This document shows, in pieces, positions 1 through 8,372 of a DNA stretch of 64,000 nt. The translations under genes were made by a program, and so were the position numbers. The DNA lies in IMG/VR virus record IMGVR_UViG_3300008110_000042, positions 2,204 to 66,203 of that record; one strand, written 5' to 3'. Below the pieces are notes generated by a model that saw only the letters and a list, made by a program, of their open reading frames with translations, was not told the DNA's origin and made no database searches. The number at the start of each line of letters is the position of its first letter. Position 1 is the first letter of the stretch. Origin of the DNA: a virus (lineage: Duplodnaviria; Caudoviricetes).

Positions 1-1043
1 TATGTTTCAGCAAAGTCAAATGCTGAGAAGTCATACGCAGGAAGATTAGCTTCCCGTGTATTATTCTTAAACAAGTTCTCCATTACTTCAAGTACTTTAG
101 TATTGATAGTCCACTCAGTATGCATCATTGCATTAAGACCATCAAGCACAGTCTGTGATGGTGTACTACCATTCTGCTGTACCTTCTCATCCCACATTAC
201 ATCTTTAAACTTCTGAACCACAGGCTTACGAACATACTGGAGAAGATTACCTCCGCTGCTGGTAAGCGTGTGCTCAATAGGTGGAACAATCATAGGACGA
301 TAAAGCAATGCTGCCTTAGCAATAACATCTTGATGTCGCTTGTGCAACTCGCTAAGAATATCATCAGTAAAGGTAACAACTACTCGCTCAGTCCATCGCT
401 TGCCTGTATGCTTACGAATATTCTTGAGCTGAATAATCTCAGACATCTCTGCAATACGCAGCATGTGATGTCCAAAGTCTTCTCGTTGTTTCCTATTGAA
501 GTTCTTCTTGTTTAGCGTACCCATCTTATAAGCAAATGCTTTGCATCGCTTAGCAGTCCACTTCTTTTGGTAGTGAGATTGCTTAAGCCAATCCTCACGG
601 AACTGTTTCTTAGCTTGCTGATAAGCAACAATCTCAATTACCATCTCAGATATAACATGAGCAATATGCTGAGCAGTAGGCAGAGGAAAGAGATCTCCCT
701 CATACTTACGCTCCCAGAAAGATGAGTTGAACCACTCAAGAATCAAAGCTCTGATAGTAATGTCAGCCATCTTTGCAGCACCTACTGCAAACAAAGGCGT
801 AGCCCACTCAGGAGTCTTTCTATTCTCTGAGATAGTATCAATCCACTGCTGATAGAAAGGAGTAAGATGAATAACACAAGCATCAATCAATGTCTGTTCT
901 GGAATACCTTCATCGGGATTAGCATTGTATGCATCCCAATACTTATTCTCAGATAGAGCAAGCATCTCCTCTTCAGTAACGATCTGAAGGGTTGTTCTCT
1001 TCTCCTGTTCCGTCTTCGTCATCTGATTCCATAGTCTCGTCAA
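1..1043 (-). CDS. T7-like single-subunit DNA-directed RNA polymerase, N-terminal part (runs off the window edge)
   Basis: Absent from the ORF track. Manual translation gives an open frame from TTG at 1043, preceded by AGGAGGA at 1049-1055. It contains YRPMIVPP and EWTINTKVLEV, matching the T7 RNAP PCVVPP and WKINKKVL segments. Confidence 0.9.
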   Translation of the reverse strand, partial: MTRLWNQMTKTEQEKRTTLQIVTEEEMLALSENKYWDAYNANPDEGIPEQTLIDACVIHLTPFYQQWIDTISENRKTPEWATPLFAVGAAKMADITIRALILEWFNSSFWERKYEGDLFPLPTAQHIAHVISEMVIEIVAYQQAKKQFREDWLKQSHYQKKWTAKRCKAFAYKMGTLNKKNFNRKQREDFGHHMLRIAEMSEIIQLKNIRKHTGKRWTERVVVTFTDDILSELHKRHQDVIAKAALLYRPMIVPPIEHTLTSSGGNLLQYVRKPVVQKFKDVMWDEKVQQNGSTPSQTVLDGLNAMMHTEWTINTKVLEVMENLFKNNTREANLPAYDFSAFDFAET

Positions 1044-1173
1044 GTATATCCTCCTGTTCGTCTACATATTCTTGACAAATCCAACAGAGCATTTCGTATG
1101 GGTCTTCTGTTCTTCGACAGTCACACACATACCCATGCTCGTCACTATAGTAAGCACGATTACGCTTACACAT
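973..1173 (-). CDS. small Cys-rich protein with acidic tail (possible Zn-binding), overlapping the RNAP start
   Basis: CDC and CWIC motifs, D/E-rich C-terminus, AGGAG upstream. Confidence 0.55.
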   Translation of the reverse strand: MCKRNRAYYSDEHGYVCDCRRTEDPYEMLCWICQEYVDEQEDILDETMESDDEDGTGEENNPSDRY

Positions 1174-1182
1174 TGTTACTCC

Positions 1183-1464
1183 TTATCCGATATACCAATC
1201 ATCATCGTCACCGTCATCATAGCCATCGTCATCGTCTTGAACTACTTCAATAGTATCAAGTGCCTTATCAAGTGCATGGCACAGTTCAAACAAACGCTCT
1301 ACTAGTTCCTTATTACTAACCTCTCCGATAAAAACATCATCCTTTAGATGGAAGAGACTATAGTGAACCTCACTAACCTCATCGGCAAAGGTCTTATAAA
1401 GAGTCAATTCTTCAACAACAACATTCTTTTTCTCAGTCTTCTTCTTAGTCTTCTTAGTAGCCAT
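1183..1464 (-). CDS. hypothetical early protein with basic N-terminus and acidic C-terminus
   Basis: ORF track; start moved to MATKK, which follows AAGGAG. Confidence 0.65.
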   Translation of the reverse strand: MATKKTKKKTEKKNVVVEELTLYKTFADEVSEVHYSLFHLKDDVFIGEVSNKELVERLFELCHALDKALDTIEVVQDDDDGYDDGDDDDWYIG

Positions 1465-1474
1465 AGTGTTCTCC

Positions 1475-2455
1475 TTAAGCGAAAGTAAGAGCATACTTCA
1501 TAACCTCAATAGTAGCATCCTGATTCTTACCCAACAAGTTATTGTAAGCAGCCGACTCAAAGGTAGGCTTCTTACCACGGGCAGGAATACGATGCTGCAT
1601 TTCCTTAGTCACAGCATTAGCAACAAGCCACAGATTAGCAGTGCTATTAAGAGACTGCCGCTCACTATCAAAGGTATCAGACCACTTAGCAATCGTGGTA
1701 GTAGCCTTAAGGTAGTTAGTATACTCAGCCTCAGTCTGCGGATTGGCAACAATAGGAGTCTCAATCATACCCCAAACATCCATCCAGAACTTCTGGATCT
1801 CAGTCTTGGTAAACTCCTTGTTAACAAGGGCAGACACCTTCTCTTCAAACAACTTACCAGTCTTCTGGTAGAACTTAAGAGCATCAGCCATAGCTTCCTG
1901 CTTCTTCTTGATATCACCAGTATGAGTAATACGGAAAGCCTTCTTAGCACCCGCTGCCATAGCCATACTCAAAGTATTCTGACAGACAATGCGGATACTG
2001 GTAGGCATAACAGACTTAGCAAGCGTACCATCATGGCTGTTAATAAAAGCCATGTACTTCTCAATTGGATCATTACTTCCTGCACCATCCATAGTTCCCG
2101 TCTTACAGAGAACAACAAGACGGCGACCACCATTCATTGAGAGGGCAGACTCAACCTTAATGTCAGCACCAAGATTGTATGCCATCTCAAACACTTCGCT
2201 ATTCTGAATCACCTGATAATCAGGGGACTGAATAGACAAGATAGCGTTAGTATCATCACGAACAATAGCATTGTACTCATCAGACTGAGCATCACCAGCA
2301 AACACAGGGCCAACCTTAGAGACAGTCCAGTTAAGACCAGCAATCTCCATAGCCTCAGTTGGACTCATATCATTCTGAATAACAACACCAAGTCCATGCC
2401 AAGCAGCTTCCTTATGAAAGACTGCGCCATCAGTATCGGTAATATTGTGAGCCAT
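1475..2455 (-). CDS. DUF932 (TIGR03299-type) phage/plasmid protein
   Basis: AWHGLG, GLNWTV, YQVIQN, NSHDG and RIVCQNTL motifs typical of this family. Confidence 0.85.
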   Translation of the reverse strand: MAHNITDTDGAVFHKEAAWHGLGVVIQNDMSPTEAMEIAGLNWTVSKVGPVFAGDAQSDEYNAIVRDDTNAILSIQSPDYQVIQNSEVFEMAYNLGADIKVESALSMNGGRRLVVLCKTGTMDGAGSNDPIEKYMAFINSHDGTLAKSVMPTSIRIVCQNTLSMAMAAGAKKAFRITHTGDIKKKQEAMADALKFYQKTGKLFEEKVSALVNKEFTKTEIQKFWMDVWGMIETPIVANPQTEAEYTNYLKATTTIAKWSDTFDSERQSLNSTANLWLVANAVTKEMQHRIPARGKKPTFESAAYNNLLGKNQDATIEVMKYALTFA

Positions 2456-2463
2456 TAGTTTCC

Positions 2464-2622
2464 TTAATAGGTTTCTTCGCCATCTTCGTAGCGACCATGA
2501 CGATCATTGTCGCGTACCTTACTCCGTCTATAAGGATCAAGCTTAGGCTTGACCTTCTCCAGTTCCTTGTGCTTCTGCTTCTCTAGCAGCCGCTTCTTTC
2601 TTTTCTCTCTGTCTTCGCTCAT
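2464..2622 (-). CDS. small charged hypothetical protein (52 aa)
   Basis: Manual translation MSEDREKRKKRLL...GEETY*; fills the gap before the DUF932 gene. Confidence 0.5.
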   Translation of the reverse strand: MSEDREKRKKRLLEKQKHKELEKVKPKLDPYRRSKVRDNDRHGRYEDGEETY

Positions 2623-2845
2623 AGTTAGCAGTTGCTTCCCAAGAAATCATTGAAAGGTTTTTAAGATCATTGTAAGTAATAAACTGCGAGACAGCAGTGA
2701 TAGTACCATGATCATTCTTAATCACATTAAAAGTAAAGCCATCTTCAATACCAAGATAATCCTTATAGGAAATATCCATGATAGAGACAATGCTATAATT
2801 ATCCGGGCGTTCTCCAATAGTTTTAGTATACGAATTATTAATCAT
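2543..2845 (-). CDS. hypothetical protein
   Basis: ORF track; ATGA-coupled to the upstream gene. Confidence 0.55.
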   Translation of the reverse strand: MINNSYTKTIGERPDNYSIVSIMDISYKDYLGIEDGFTFNVIKNDHGTITAVSQFITYNDLKNLSMISWEATANYERRQREKKEAAAREAEAQGTGEGQA

Positions 2846-3132
2846 TTGTACCTTTCATTCATAAGTGGATTGACAAAGACGATCTTAGTAATACATCCAA
2901 GTGGAATACAGTTTACATCGGAGACAATAGTCTTCTCTTCATCCCATGTAGCAACAAGAGTTAAATACTCTTCAGTCATTTCAAGGATACGACCAATTGA
3001 TATACAAGAGTGAGGACGCATATCAATAATGTTATTGCGCTCCATCCATGAGTCAGAGTATCCTGCAATGTCTTCCCAATAAATGTAGACATCGTGATCA
3101 ATGAATCGCTCAAGTGTTTCATCATGTTTCAT
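2842..3132 (-). CDS. conserved small phage hypothetical protein
   Basis: W-x-D...C-x-S-x-G...IPLGCI pattern, tightly packed between neighbours. Confidence 0.7.
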   Translation of the reverse strand: MKHDETLERFIDHDVYIYWEDIAGYSDSWMERNNIIDMRPHSCISIGRILEMTEEYLTLVATWDEEKTIVSDVNCIPLGCITKIVFVNPLMNERYK

Positions 3133-3492
3133 TTACCACCACCCAATAACTTGTCCATTATTTTCCTTTATAACTGTAAACCAATCAAGCAGTCCTTTAA
3201 CTTCTTTCAAAGAAAAACCCCATGACTTATGTAAAGTATACACAGCATTAGTATTAGTGGGATCGGCAGCACCTGCGTAGTATACACTAAGTTGCGTTAC
3301 GATGCGCTGCAAATCTTTAGTGGGAAGTTTCTCCTGATAAACATCAACATCACAAATGTCGCTGATAAATTTAGCATAAACTTTACCACGAATACTAGAC
3401 TGACCATCAGTAAACATACTGCCACACAGAACAGTAGGAAGATCCTGAAACGCTTGAGGATCAACACCATGTGCAAACAAATCAAGTCCCAT
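3133..3492 (-). CDS. hypothetical protein (MGLD-start type)
   Basis: ORF track; AAAGGA RBS. Confidence 0.7.
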   Translation of the reverse strand: MGLDLFAHGVDPQAFQDLPTVLCGSMFTDGQSSIRGKVYAKFISDICDVDVYQEKLPTKDLQRIVTQLSVYYAGAADPTNTNAVYTLHKSWGFSLKEVKGLLDWFTVIKENNGQVIGWW

Positions 3493-3511
3493 TATAATCC
3501 TTTCTATGGAA

Positions 3512-3584
3512 TGGGTCGGGAGAGACTTGAACTCTCAACCAATTGATTAAAAGTCAACTGCTCTACCTATTGAGCTACCAACCC
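3512..3584 (-). tRNA. tRNA-Lys (UUU)
   Basis: GGGTTGG acceptor, TAGCTCAATAGGTAGAGC D-arm, anticodon arm GTTGA-CT-TTT-AA-TCAAT, T-loop GTTCAAG. Confidence 0.95.
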
Positions 3585-3587
3585 TAA

Positions 3588-3660
3588 TAGCACTGGTGGG
3601 AGTCGAACCCACACTTTATTGATTTTGAGTCAACTGTCTCTGCCTTTGGACTACAGTGCC
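3588..3660 (-). tRNA. tRNA-Leu (CAA) with short variable loop
   Basis: GGCACTG/CAGTGCT acceptor, anticodon arm GTTGA-CT-CAA-AA-TCAAT, T-loop GTTCGAC. Confidence 0.9.
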
Positions 3661-3744
3661 ATATAGATTCTATGTACCTTGGATGGGTCAAAGCCATCTG
3701 TATACATAGAATCCGTAATAAAAATGTACCAGTATTTCTTACAA

Positions 3745-3818
3745 CATCCCTGACAGGGATCGAACCTGTAGCCTATGACTTAGAAGGTCATTGCTCTATC
3801 CAGTTGAGCTACAGGGAT
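3745..3818 (-). tRNA. tRNA-Arg (UCU)
   Basis: ATCCCTG/CAGGGAT acceptor, anticodon arm ATGAC-CT-TCT-AA-GTCAT, GTTCGAT. Confidence 0.95.
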
Positions 3819-3823
3819 ATACA

Positions 3824-3899
3824 TGGAAGGGGCGGGAGTTGCACCCACATATTCACGCTTATAAGGCATGCGCTCTATCTACTTTTCAGCCACCCTTCC
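3824..3899 (-). tRNA. tRNA-Ile (UAU) with atypical T-loop
   Basis: GGAAGGG/CCCTTCC acceptor, anticodon arm CATGC-CT-TAT-AA-GCGTG, T-loop reads GTGCAAC. Confidence 0.85.
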
Positions 3900-3905
3900 T
3901 ATTAA

Positions 3906-4091
3906 TTACTTCTTCTTAGACGAACACTTCTTAGTTAGGCCAGCAATCTTTTTATCTTGCTCGTTAATACGTCTGTTTAGAAGATAAAACTGATCGGTAA
4001 TAATATCAAACTTATTTGCAGCAACCCAGCTAATACCAAGAATTCCAATATACGGCAACACAATAAACAAAGTTTCAAAAAACACAGTCAT
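3906..4091 (-). CDS. small membrane-anchored protein
   Basis: N-terminal hydrophobic segment, basic tail, AAAGGA RBS. Confidence 0.6.
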   Translation of the reverse strand: MTVFFETLFIVLPYIGILGISWVAANKFDIITDQFYLLNRRINEQDKKIAGLTKKCSSKKK

Positions 4092-4103
4092 ATAGTTCCT
4101 TTC

Positions 4104-4349
4104 TTAATCGTCGTGGTCATCGTCGTTATCAGGCAACTCTTCCCACTCATCTTCATCATCATCCCCGAGAACATCTTCATCAAGCCATTCATCGGGAACC
4201 ATATCCATAAAGTAATCACCGACAGCTTCTTCCATCTCATTCATCCATTCGACTAGATCCTTATTAGGAATCTTAGTATAGTCAATACGATGTGCGTCCA
4301 ACCAATCCATCCAATAGTTAAGGGTAGTATCCTGATTAGGTTCACTCAT
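4104..4349 (-). CDS. very acidic small early protein
   Basis: ORF track; D/E- and W-rich; TAATG coupling. Confidence 0.7.
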   Translation of the reverse strand: MSEPNQDTTLNYWMDWLDAHRIDYTKIPNKDLVEWMNEMEEAVGDYFMDMVPDEWLDEDVLGDDDEDEWEELPDNDDDHDD

Positions 4350-4591
4350 TAATCGACCTCAATACGGAGAGAGACATTGCTCACATGATCATCAATAATA
4401 TCAGACATCTTTTCCTTGATAGTATCCTCAAGGCTATAGAGGAAGTCACCATTATCCATGTAGTCCTCAATGGCACGGCTGATCTTAAGGTTAATAGTAT
4501 CGTTAAGATTCTTAGTAACTCGCTCAGCAATAGCCTCAGACAGAACAGCAAGAGCCTCAGTCATAGCATCAGTCTTAGTAGTGTTATCCAT
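4349..4591 (-). CDS. hypothetical protein
   Basis: ORF track; start at MDNTT with TAATG coupling. Confidence 0.6.
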   Translation of the reverse strand: MDNTTKTDAMTEALAVLSEAIAERVTKNLNDTINLKISRAIEDYMDNGDFLYSLEDTIKEKMSDIIDDHVSNVSLRIEVD

Positions 4592-4821
4592 TAGCAGCAA
4601 CTTTCAATAGTGTGAATAGCCTGATTGATAAAAAGTTCCTCATCGTCAGTCAACCAGTACTGATCGTGAGTCATATGATCAAACTCATTTAGCATACTCA
4701 TGCACAGATCCCTCTTCTTAGGGTCGTCCATCCAGTTATGCCTATTCTCAAAAACTTCTACAATAAAACTAATGTTATCACTTGTGATATAGGTTGTCAA
4801 AGTCTTTCTCCAAGTTAGCAA
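4591..4821 (-). CDS. hypothetical protein
   Basis: ORF track; start uncertain. Confidence 0.45.
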   Translation of the reverse strand: MLTWRKTLTTYITSDNISFIVEVFENRHNWMDDPKKRDLCMSMLNEFDHMTHDQYWLTDDEELFINQAIHTIESCC

Positions 4822-5023
4822 TCATAGGATTAAGTTTGTTACGCTCATACTCCATATACTCAGGCAGATCCTCAACAACCTTGCCGCTATCGACAAGTGT
4901 GAAGTATCCGTTAAGCTCACGCTCATCAATCATCTGTTGAAGAACTTCATATAGAAGCCACTGCTTCTCTTCATCTTCAACTTCAATCAACATAATAAGT
5001 CTCTTCATCGGGATCTCCTGCAT
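4778..5023 (-). CDS. hypothetical protein
   Basis: ORF track; part of the packed early run. Confidence 0.55.
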   Translation of the reverse strand: MQEIPMKRLIMLIEVEDEEKQWLLYEVLQQMIDERELNGYFTLVDSGKVVEDLPEYMEYERNKLNPMIANLEKDFDNLYHK

Positions 5024-5249
5024 AATCTAGAGGCGAAATACCTGACTCAATAATTTTATCTGTGATAATATCATAGACTAGATCAAGGGGCATAACATCA
5101 GGATCAATATCATTGATACAAATACCTGCAAATAGCCATTCATTATCAGTAGGATCTATAGTCCAATTAATATCATATTCTATATCAACATAGCCATAGG
5201 CTTTAGTATAAATTTTTGTATTGTGTCTATTAGTTCTTGCTACAATCAT
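4983..5249 (-). CDS. acidic hypothetical protein
   Basis: ORF track; AGGAG RBS; immediately downstream of a promoter-motif copy. Confidence 0.65.
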   Translation of the reverse strand: MIVARTNRHNTKIYTKAYGYVDIEYDINWTIDPTDNEWLFAGICINDIDPDVMPLDLVYDIITDKIIESGISPLDYAGDPDEETYYVD

Positions 5250-5398
5250 TTAGTCTCCTGTAGTACTGTATCAGTAGCCCCAACCATTCGGCATGCAGCC
5301 GTAAGTGCTAGCGTTGGAGTTTCACCAGCACAGATTGGTTCCCATACGGGGTAATCATAGGTTAGAATCTGGGCCAACCATATATGACTGTCGTTCAT
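5246..5398 (-). CDS. hypothetical protein
   Basis: 3' part of the track ORF, starting at MNDSH. Confidence 0.45.
   Translation of the reverse strand: MNDSHIWLAQILTYDYPVWEPICAGETPTLALTAACRMVGATDTVLQETK
5271..5292 (-). promoter_or_regulatory. candidate phage RNAP promoter, copy 1
   Basis: GCCGAATGGTTGGGGCTACTGA; one of four co-oriented copies of a 22-bp motif. Confidence 0.7.
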
Positions 5399-5555
5399 TA
5401 GTACTTTCTTTACTTGAATTTGTATACCATTCTCCAAAGAGATAGGCATCTTTCGGATCTCTGAAGCCATCAATGGGGTGTTCTCCAACATACACTGTGA
5501 ACCATACTCCATTGATGTCATGTTCCTTTACAATATTATAATATGAATCAGCCAT
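5355..5555 (-). CDS. hypothetical protein
   Basis: ORF track; AAGGA RBS. Confidence 0.55.
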   Translation of the reverse strand: MADSYYNIVKEHDINGVWFTVYVGEHPIDGFRDPKDAYLFGEWYTNSSKESTNERQSYMVGPDSNL

Positions 5556-5563
5556 TTGTTTCC

Positions 5564-6403
5564 TTACTGAACGCAGTGATATCCAAAGTCAATACACACA
5601 AGTTCACCGTTCCAATAACCCATGTTACTAGCATGGAGATCACCACCCATAGTACGGTGGCATCCAAGAATACCAATGGCATGCCAATCATTCTGCACAT
5701 GACTGATGTCAATGTTCCTTAGATTCTCATAGAGATTATTCTTACCGTTGTACTGCTCATAGCCATTATCATCACACCAATCATGGAAGTTACAATCATC
5801 AGGATGAGAGCCAATCTCTCCGGCAATATCATTTAGGATACTACGGCTATAGATACCCATCCCATCCAAGAGATCAGAGATCTCATCATACTTATCCCAC
5901 TTATGCATCTGCTCAGTAACATAGGAATTATACTCACACATGGAGTCATCACATTCCTCAATATCCCCAACACTACCTGCTACACAAGAAAGATATCCCC
6001 AATAAGTGGTGACACTACGATTCTCTTTATTGTAATACTTGAAGCAGCACATACCATGAACAGGGGGAGCACAGAATGCCTCAGCTGCTGCCTTCTGTCT
6101 TTGATACATAGCAAACGCTGCTGCCTTAGCCTTACCATCACCAATGTTTTGAGCAGTAAGTTTAATACCAAACTCTTCTTCGTTGTCTTCTTCTGCATTA
6201 TTCTCAAGCCACATACATTGTGCTCCACCGTTATCACCACGGAATGGAACATCAACCCAATAGAAAGACACCCATTCATTCAGATCAGCATCAAAAAGAT
6301 ACTGCTTAGGTTTATACTTCTGCCTATCAAAAGAGGGTGCGGACTTAGGAGAACGAACAATAGTATTGAACTCACCAGTAGAGTTCTTTTGAAGAATAGT
6401 CAT
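5564..6403 (-). CDS. Ser/Thr protein kinase-like protein
   Basis: Catalytic loop DLHASNMG followed by CIDFG; candidate ATP-binding Lys in FGIKL. Confidence 0.75.
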   Translation of the reverse strand: MTILQKNSTGEFNTIVRSPKSAPSFDRQKYKPKQYLFDADLNEWVSFYWVDVPFRGDNGGAQCMWLENNAEEDNEEEFGIKLTAQNIGDGKAKAAAFAMYQRQKAAAEAFCAPPVHGMCCFKYYNKENRSVTTYWGYLSCVAGSVGDIEECDDSMCEYNSYVTEQMHKWDKYDEISDLLDGMGIYSRSILNDIAGEIGSHPDDCNFHDWCDDNGYEQYNGKNNLYENLRNIDISHVQNDWHAIGILGCHRTMGGDLHASNMGYWNGELVCIDFGYHCVQ

Positions 6404-6407
6404 TTAT

Positions 6408-6554
6408 TTACTCCGTTACATCGTCAATGTACCATTCAATCAGATCGCCAGCATATTTCTTCATGTCATATGATAGACATTCAATAGTAAAGTCTGCTTC
6501 GGTAGACTCAACATCCTTCACAGCAGGAAAGTCAAACACAACATGAATCTTCAT
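6408..6554 (-). CDS. small hypothetical protein (48 aa)
   Basis: Manual translation MKIHVVFDFP...DDVTE*; GAGGA RBS. Confidence 0.5.
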   Translation of the reverse strand: MKIHVVFDFPAVKDVESTEADFTIECLSYDMKKYAGDLIEWYIDDVTE

Positions 6555-6668
6555 CGGTGTCATCCTCGTAATAGGTATTGATCACTATATCAATGGCATC
6601 ATACCACTCATTGATAACTTCGGTTCGCTCTTCATACAGAGCATCTACATCAGGGTAATAGTCTTCCA

Positions 6669-6884
6669 TTAGAACTGAGTATCCATATTATAAATGTGTC
6701 CCCAACTACTCCAACGAGTACCACAACACTCACAGTACTCATCAGTATACCAAGACTGTGCCTTAAGAATTTCCCATGCCTCATCAAGACTAAAGGCAGT
6801 CACAACAAACTCATCAGGCCCAACATAATATCCACCACTATTGTTTTGCTGAAACACATAATGCAGATAATCATTACTTGCCAT
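6669..6884 (-). CDS. small phage protein with QNNSGG and CxCCG motifs
   Basis: FQQNNSGGY...YCECCGTRWS. Confidence 0.7.
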   Translation of the reverse strand: MASNDYLHYVFQQNNSGGYYVGPDEFVVTAFSLDEAWEILKAQSWYTDEYCECCGTRWSSWGHIYNMDTQF

Positions 6885-7029
6885 TGTAGACCACCTGCAC
6901 ATTAGATCCTGCGTAATTAGAAGCATAGGCAATAGCGTACCTATTAGCCTCATACTTATTACAGAAAGAAGCAAGGCACATACCATTCACGACCACATCA
7001 TACACATGTTCAACGGTAGAAACGCTCAT
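6874..7029 (-). CDS. small hypothetical protein (51 aa)
   Basis: Manual translation MSVSTVEHVYD...; AAGGAG RBS. Confidence 0.5.
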   Translation of the reverse strand: MSVSTVEHVYDVVVNGMCLASFCNKYEANRYAIAYASNYAGSNVQVVYNGK

Positions 7030-7452
7030 TGACAATCTCCTTTATCCAATTAAAGAAACCTAGATAGTCTAGGTAACAACACAGCAAGAGAGAAAGAATA
7101 GTACCTGAAACAATGAATGGAATATACATTATCCTTCAGCCCCAAAGATGATAGCAATGATAGTAGTATCCTTATAGAGCGCACGAATAGAAAGTATTAC
7201 TTCATCTTCAGTACCCGCATACACAAGATGCGTAATCACTTCCTCATTACCAGTAACAACAGCAATATCATACGGTCCCATTGTATTCCTTTATGCAGAA
7301 ACAACGATGTAGTTAGTACCACCACGATAGTTCATCTTCTTAGCACATTCCTCTGCATCATTACGATTGAGGAACCAAGCAACGCTAGTATACTTGCCCC
7401 ATACAAAGTAACCCTTAACAGTCATATGTATTCCTTTAGAAAGAAAGAAAGT

Positions 7453-7501
7453 AATCCCTAGCCTTGTCGAAACAAGACACAGCCGAAGCCTATTCGGGAT
7501 T
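7453..7501 (-). other. small intergenic RNA structure with two UUCG-capped hairpins
   Basis: AATCCC...GGGATT closing stem encloses GGC-TTCG-GCT and CTTGT-TTCG-ACAAG. Confidence 0.5.
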
Positions 7502-7520
7502 TACCAAGGTGGACAAAAGA

Positions 7521-7718
7521 TTAGGTAGTAACTTCAACAACAGAGCAATCAATGGCATCAAACCAATCACCATTGATACGACAAACATTCATCTTATGCT
7601 TTGCCATACCAATCACATGCTCTCTTTCGCTTTCCCGTTGCGTCATTGTTTCCACAGTAACAGAAACAGAAACACCACAACAGGTATTACATGCCCAAGT
7701 TACCTTGAAGGTACGCAT
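7521..7718 (-). CDS. hypothetical protein
   Basis: ORF track; AGGAG RBS. Confidence 0.6.
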   Translation of the reverse strand: MRTFKVTWACNTCCGVSVSVTVETMTQRESEREHVIGMAKHKMNVCRINGDWFDAIDCSVVEVTT

Positions 7719-7732
7719 TTATTTCTCCTAGA

Positions 7733-8002
7733 TCAAGTACCGTACACAGAGACAGTCTGAACCCGTGCCATATAAGTAGCAACAGGTTGAATGTAATCAT
7801 CCGTAGTAACAATCACTACAAAGTCACTATGCCTTGCGTGTTCAATGTGAATGTGGAAGTTACCACCATCCGAATAGAAGTCACGCATGAGGATATAACT
7901 AATGGCCTCCACAATATCAGTATCATCCTTCTTATTCTCACCAAGGATGCACAGATTAAAGGGATTCTTACCATTCAAATCAGAGAGAGTAATGACTCGC
8001 AT
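7733..8002 (-). CDS. hypothetical protein
   Basis: ORF track; AGGAG RBS. Confidence 0.65.
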   Translation of the reverse strand: MRVITLSDLNGKNPFNLCILGENKKDDTDIVEAISYILMRDFYSDGGNFHIHIEHARHSDFVVIVTTDDYIQPVATYMARVQTVSVYGT

Positions 8003-8014
8003 TGTTATCTCCTA

Positions 8015-8107
8015 TTAAAGATTCTTATTCTCTTCAGCACACCAAAGAAGAACATACACACCAAAGATTCCAAGCAAAGCCACACCAATCAAAAGAAGTG
8101 TAGACAT
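8015..8107 (-). CDS. 30-aa single-pass membrane peptide
   Basis: Manual translation MSTLLLIGVALLGIFGVYVLLWCAEENKNL*. Confidence 0.5.
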   Translation of the reverse strand: MSTLLLIGVALLGIFGVYVLLWCAEENKNL

Positions 8108-8108
8108 G

Positions 8109-8357
8109 TCAAACCTTTCCCGGCATAGCCGGAGTGCTCATTCCTTCAAGATCCTTGCGGAGATTCTTGTTCTGTTCCATACAATCTTCTAGATCTTGAG
8201 CAAAGTAATTCATTGTCTGAAACATACACTCAAGAAGTCCGTGCTTATCTTCAGGAAGGGATTCCTTCAAACGAGAGTAGAAGATTTCCTGACAACCAAT
8301 GATCGACATAACAGTACGATCCTTAAAGTTAGATGAATGTCTAATTGCGATTGCCAT
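8109..8357 (-). CDS. hypothetical protein
   Basis: ORF track; AAAGGT RBS. Confidence 0.6.
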   Translation of the reverse strand: MAIAIRHSSNFKDRTVMSIIGCQEIFYSRLKESLPEDKHGLLECMFQTMNYFAQDLEDCMEQNKNLRKDLEGMSTPAMPGKV

Positions 8358-8372
8358 TGTATCATACCTTTC

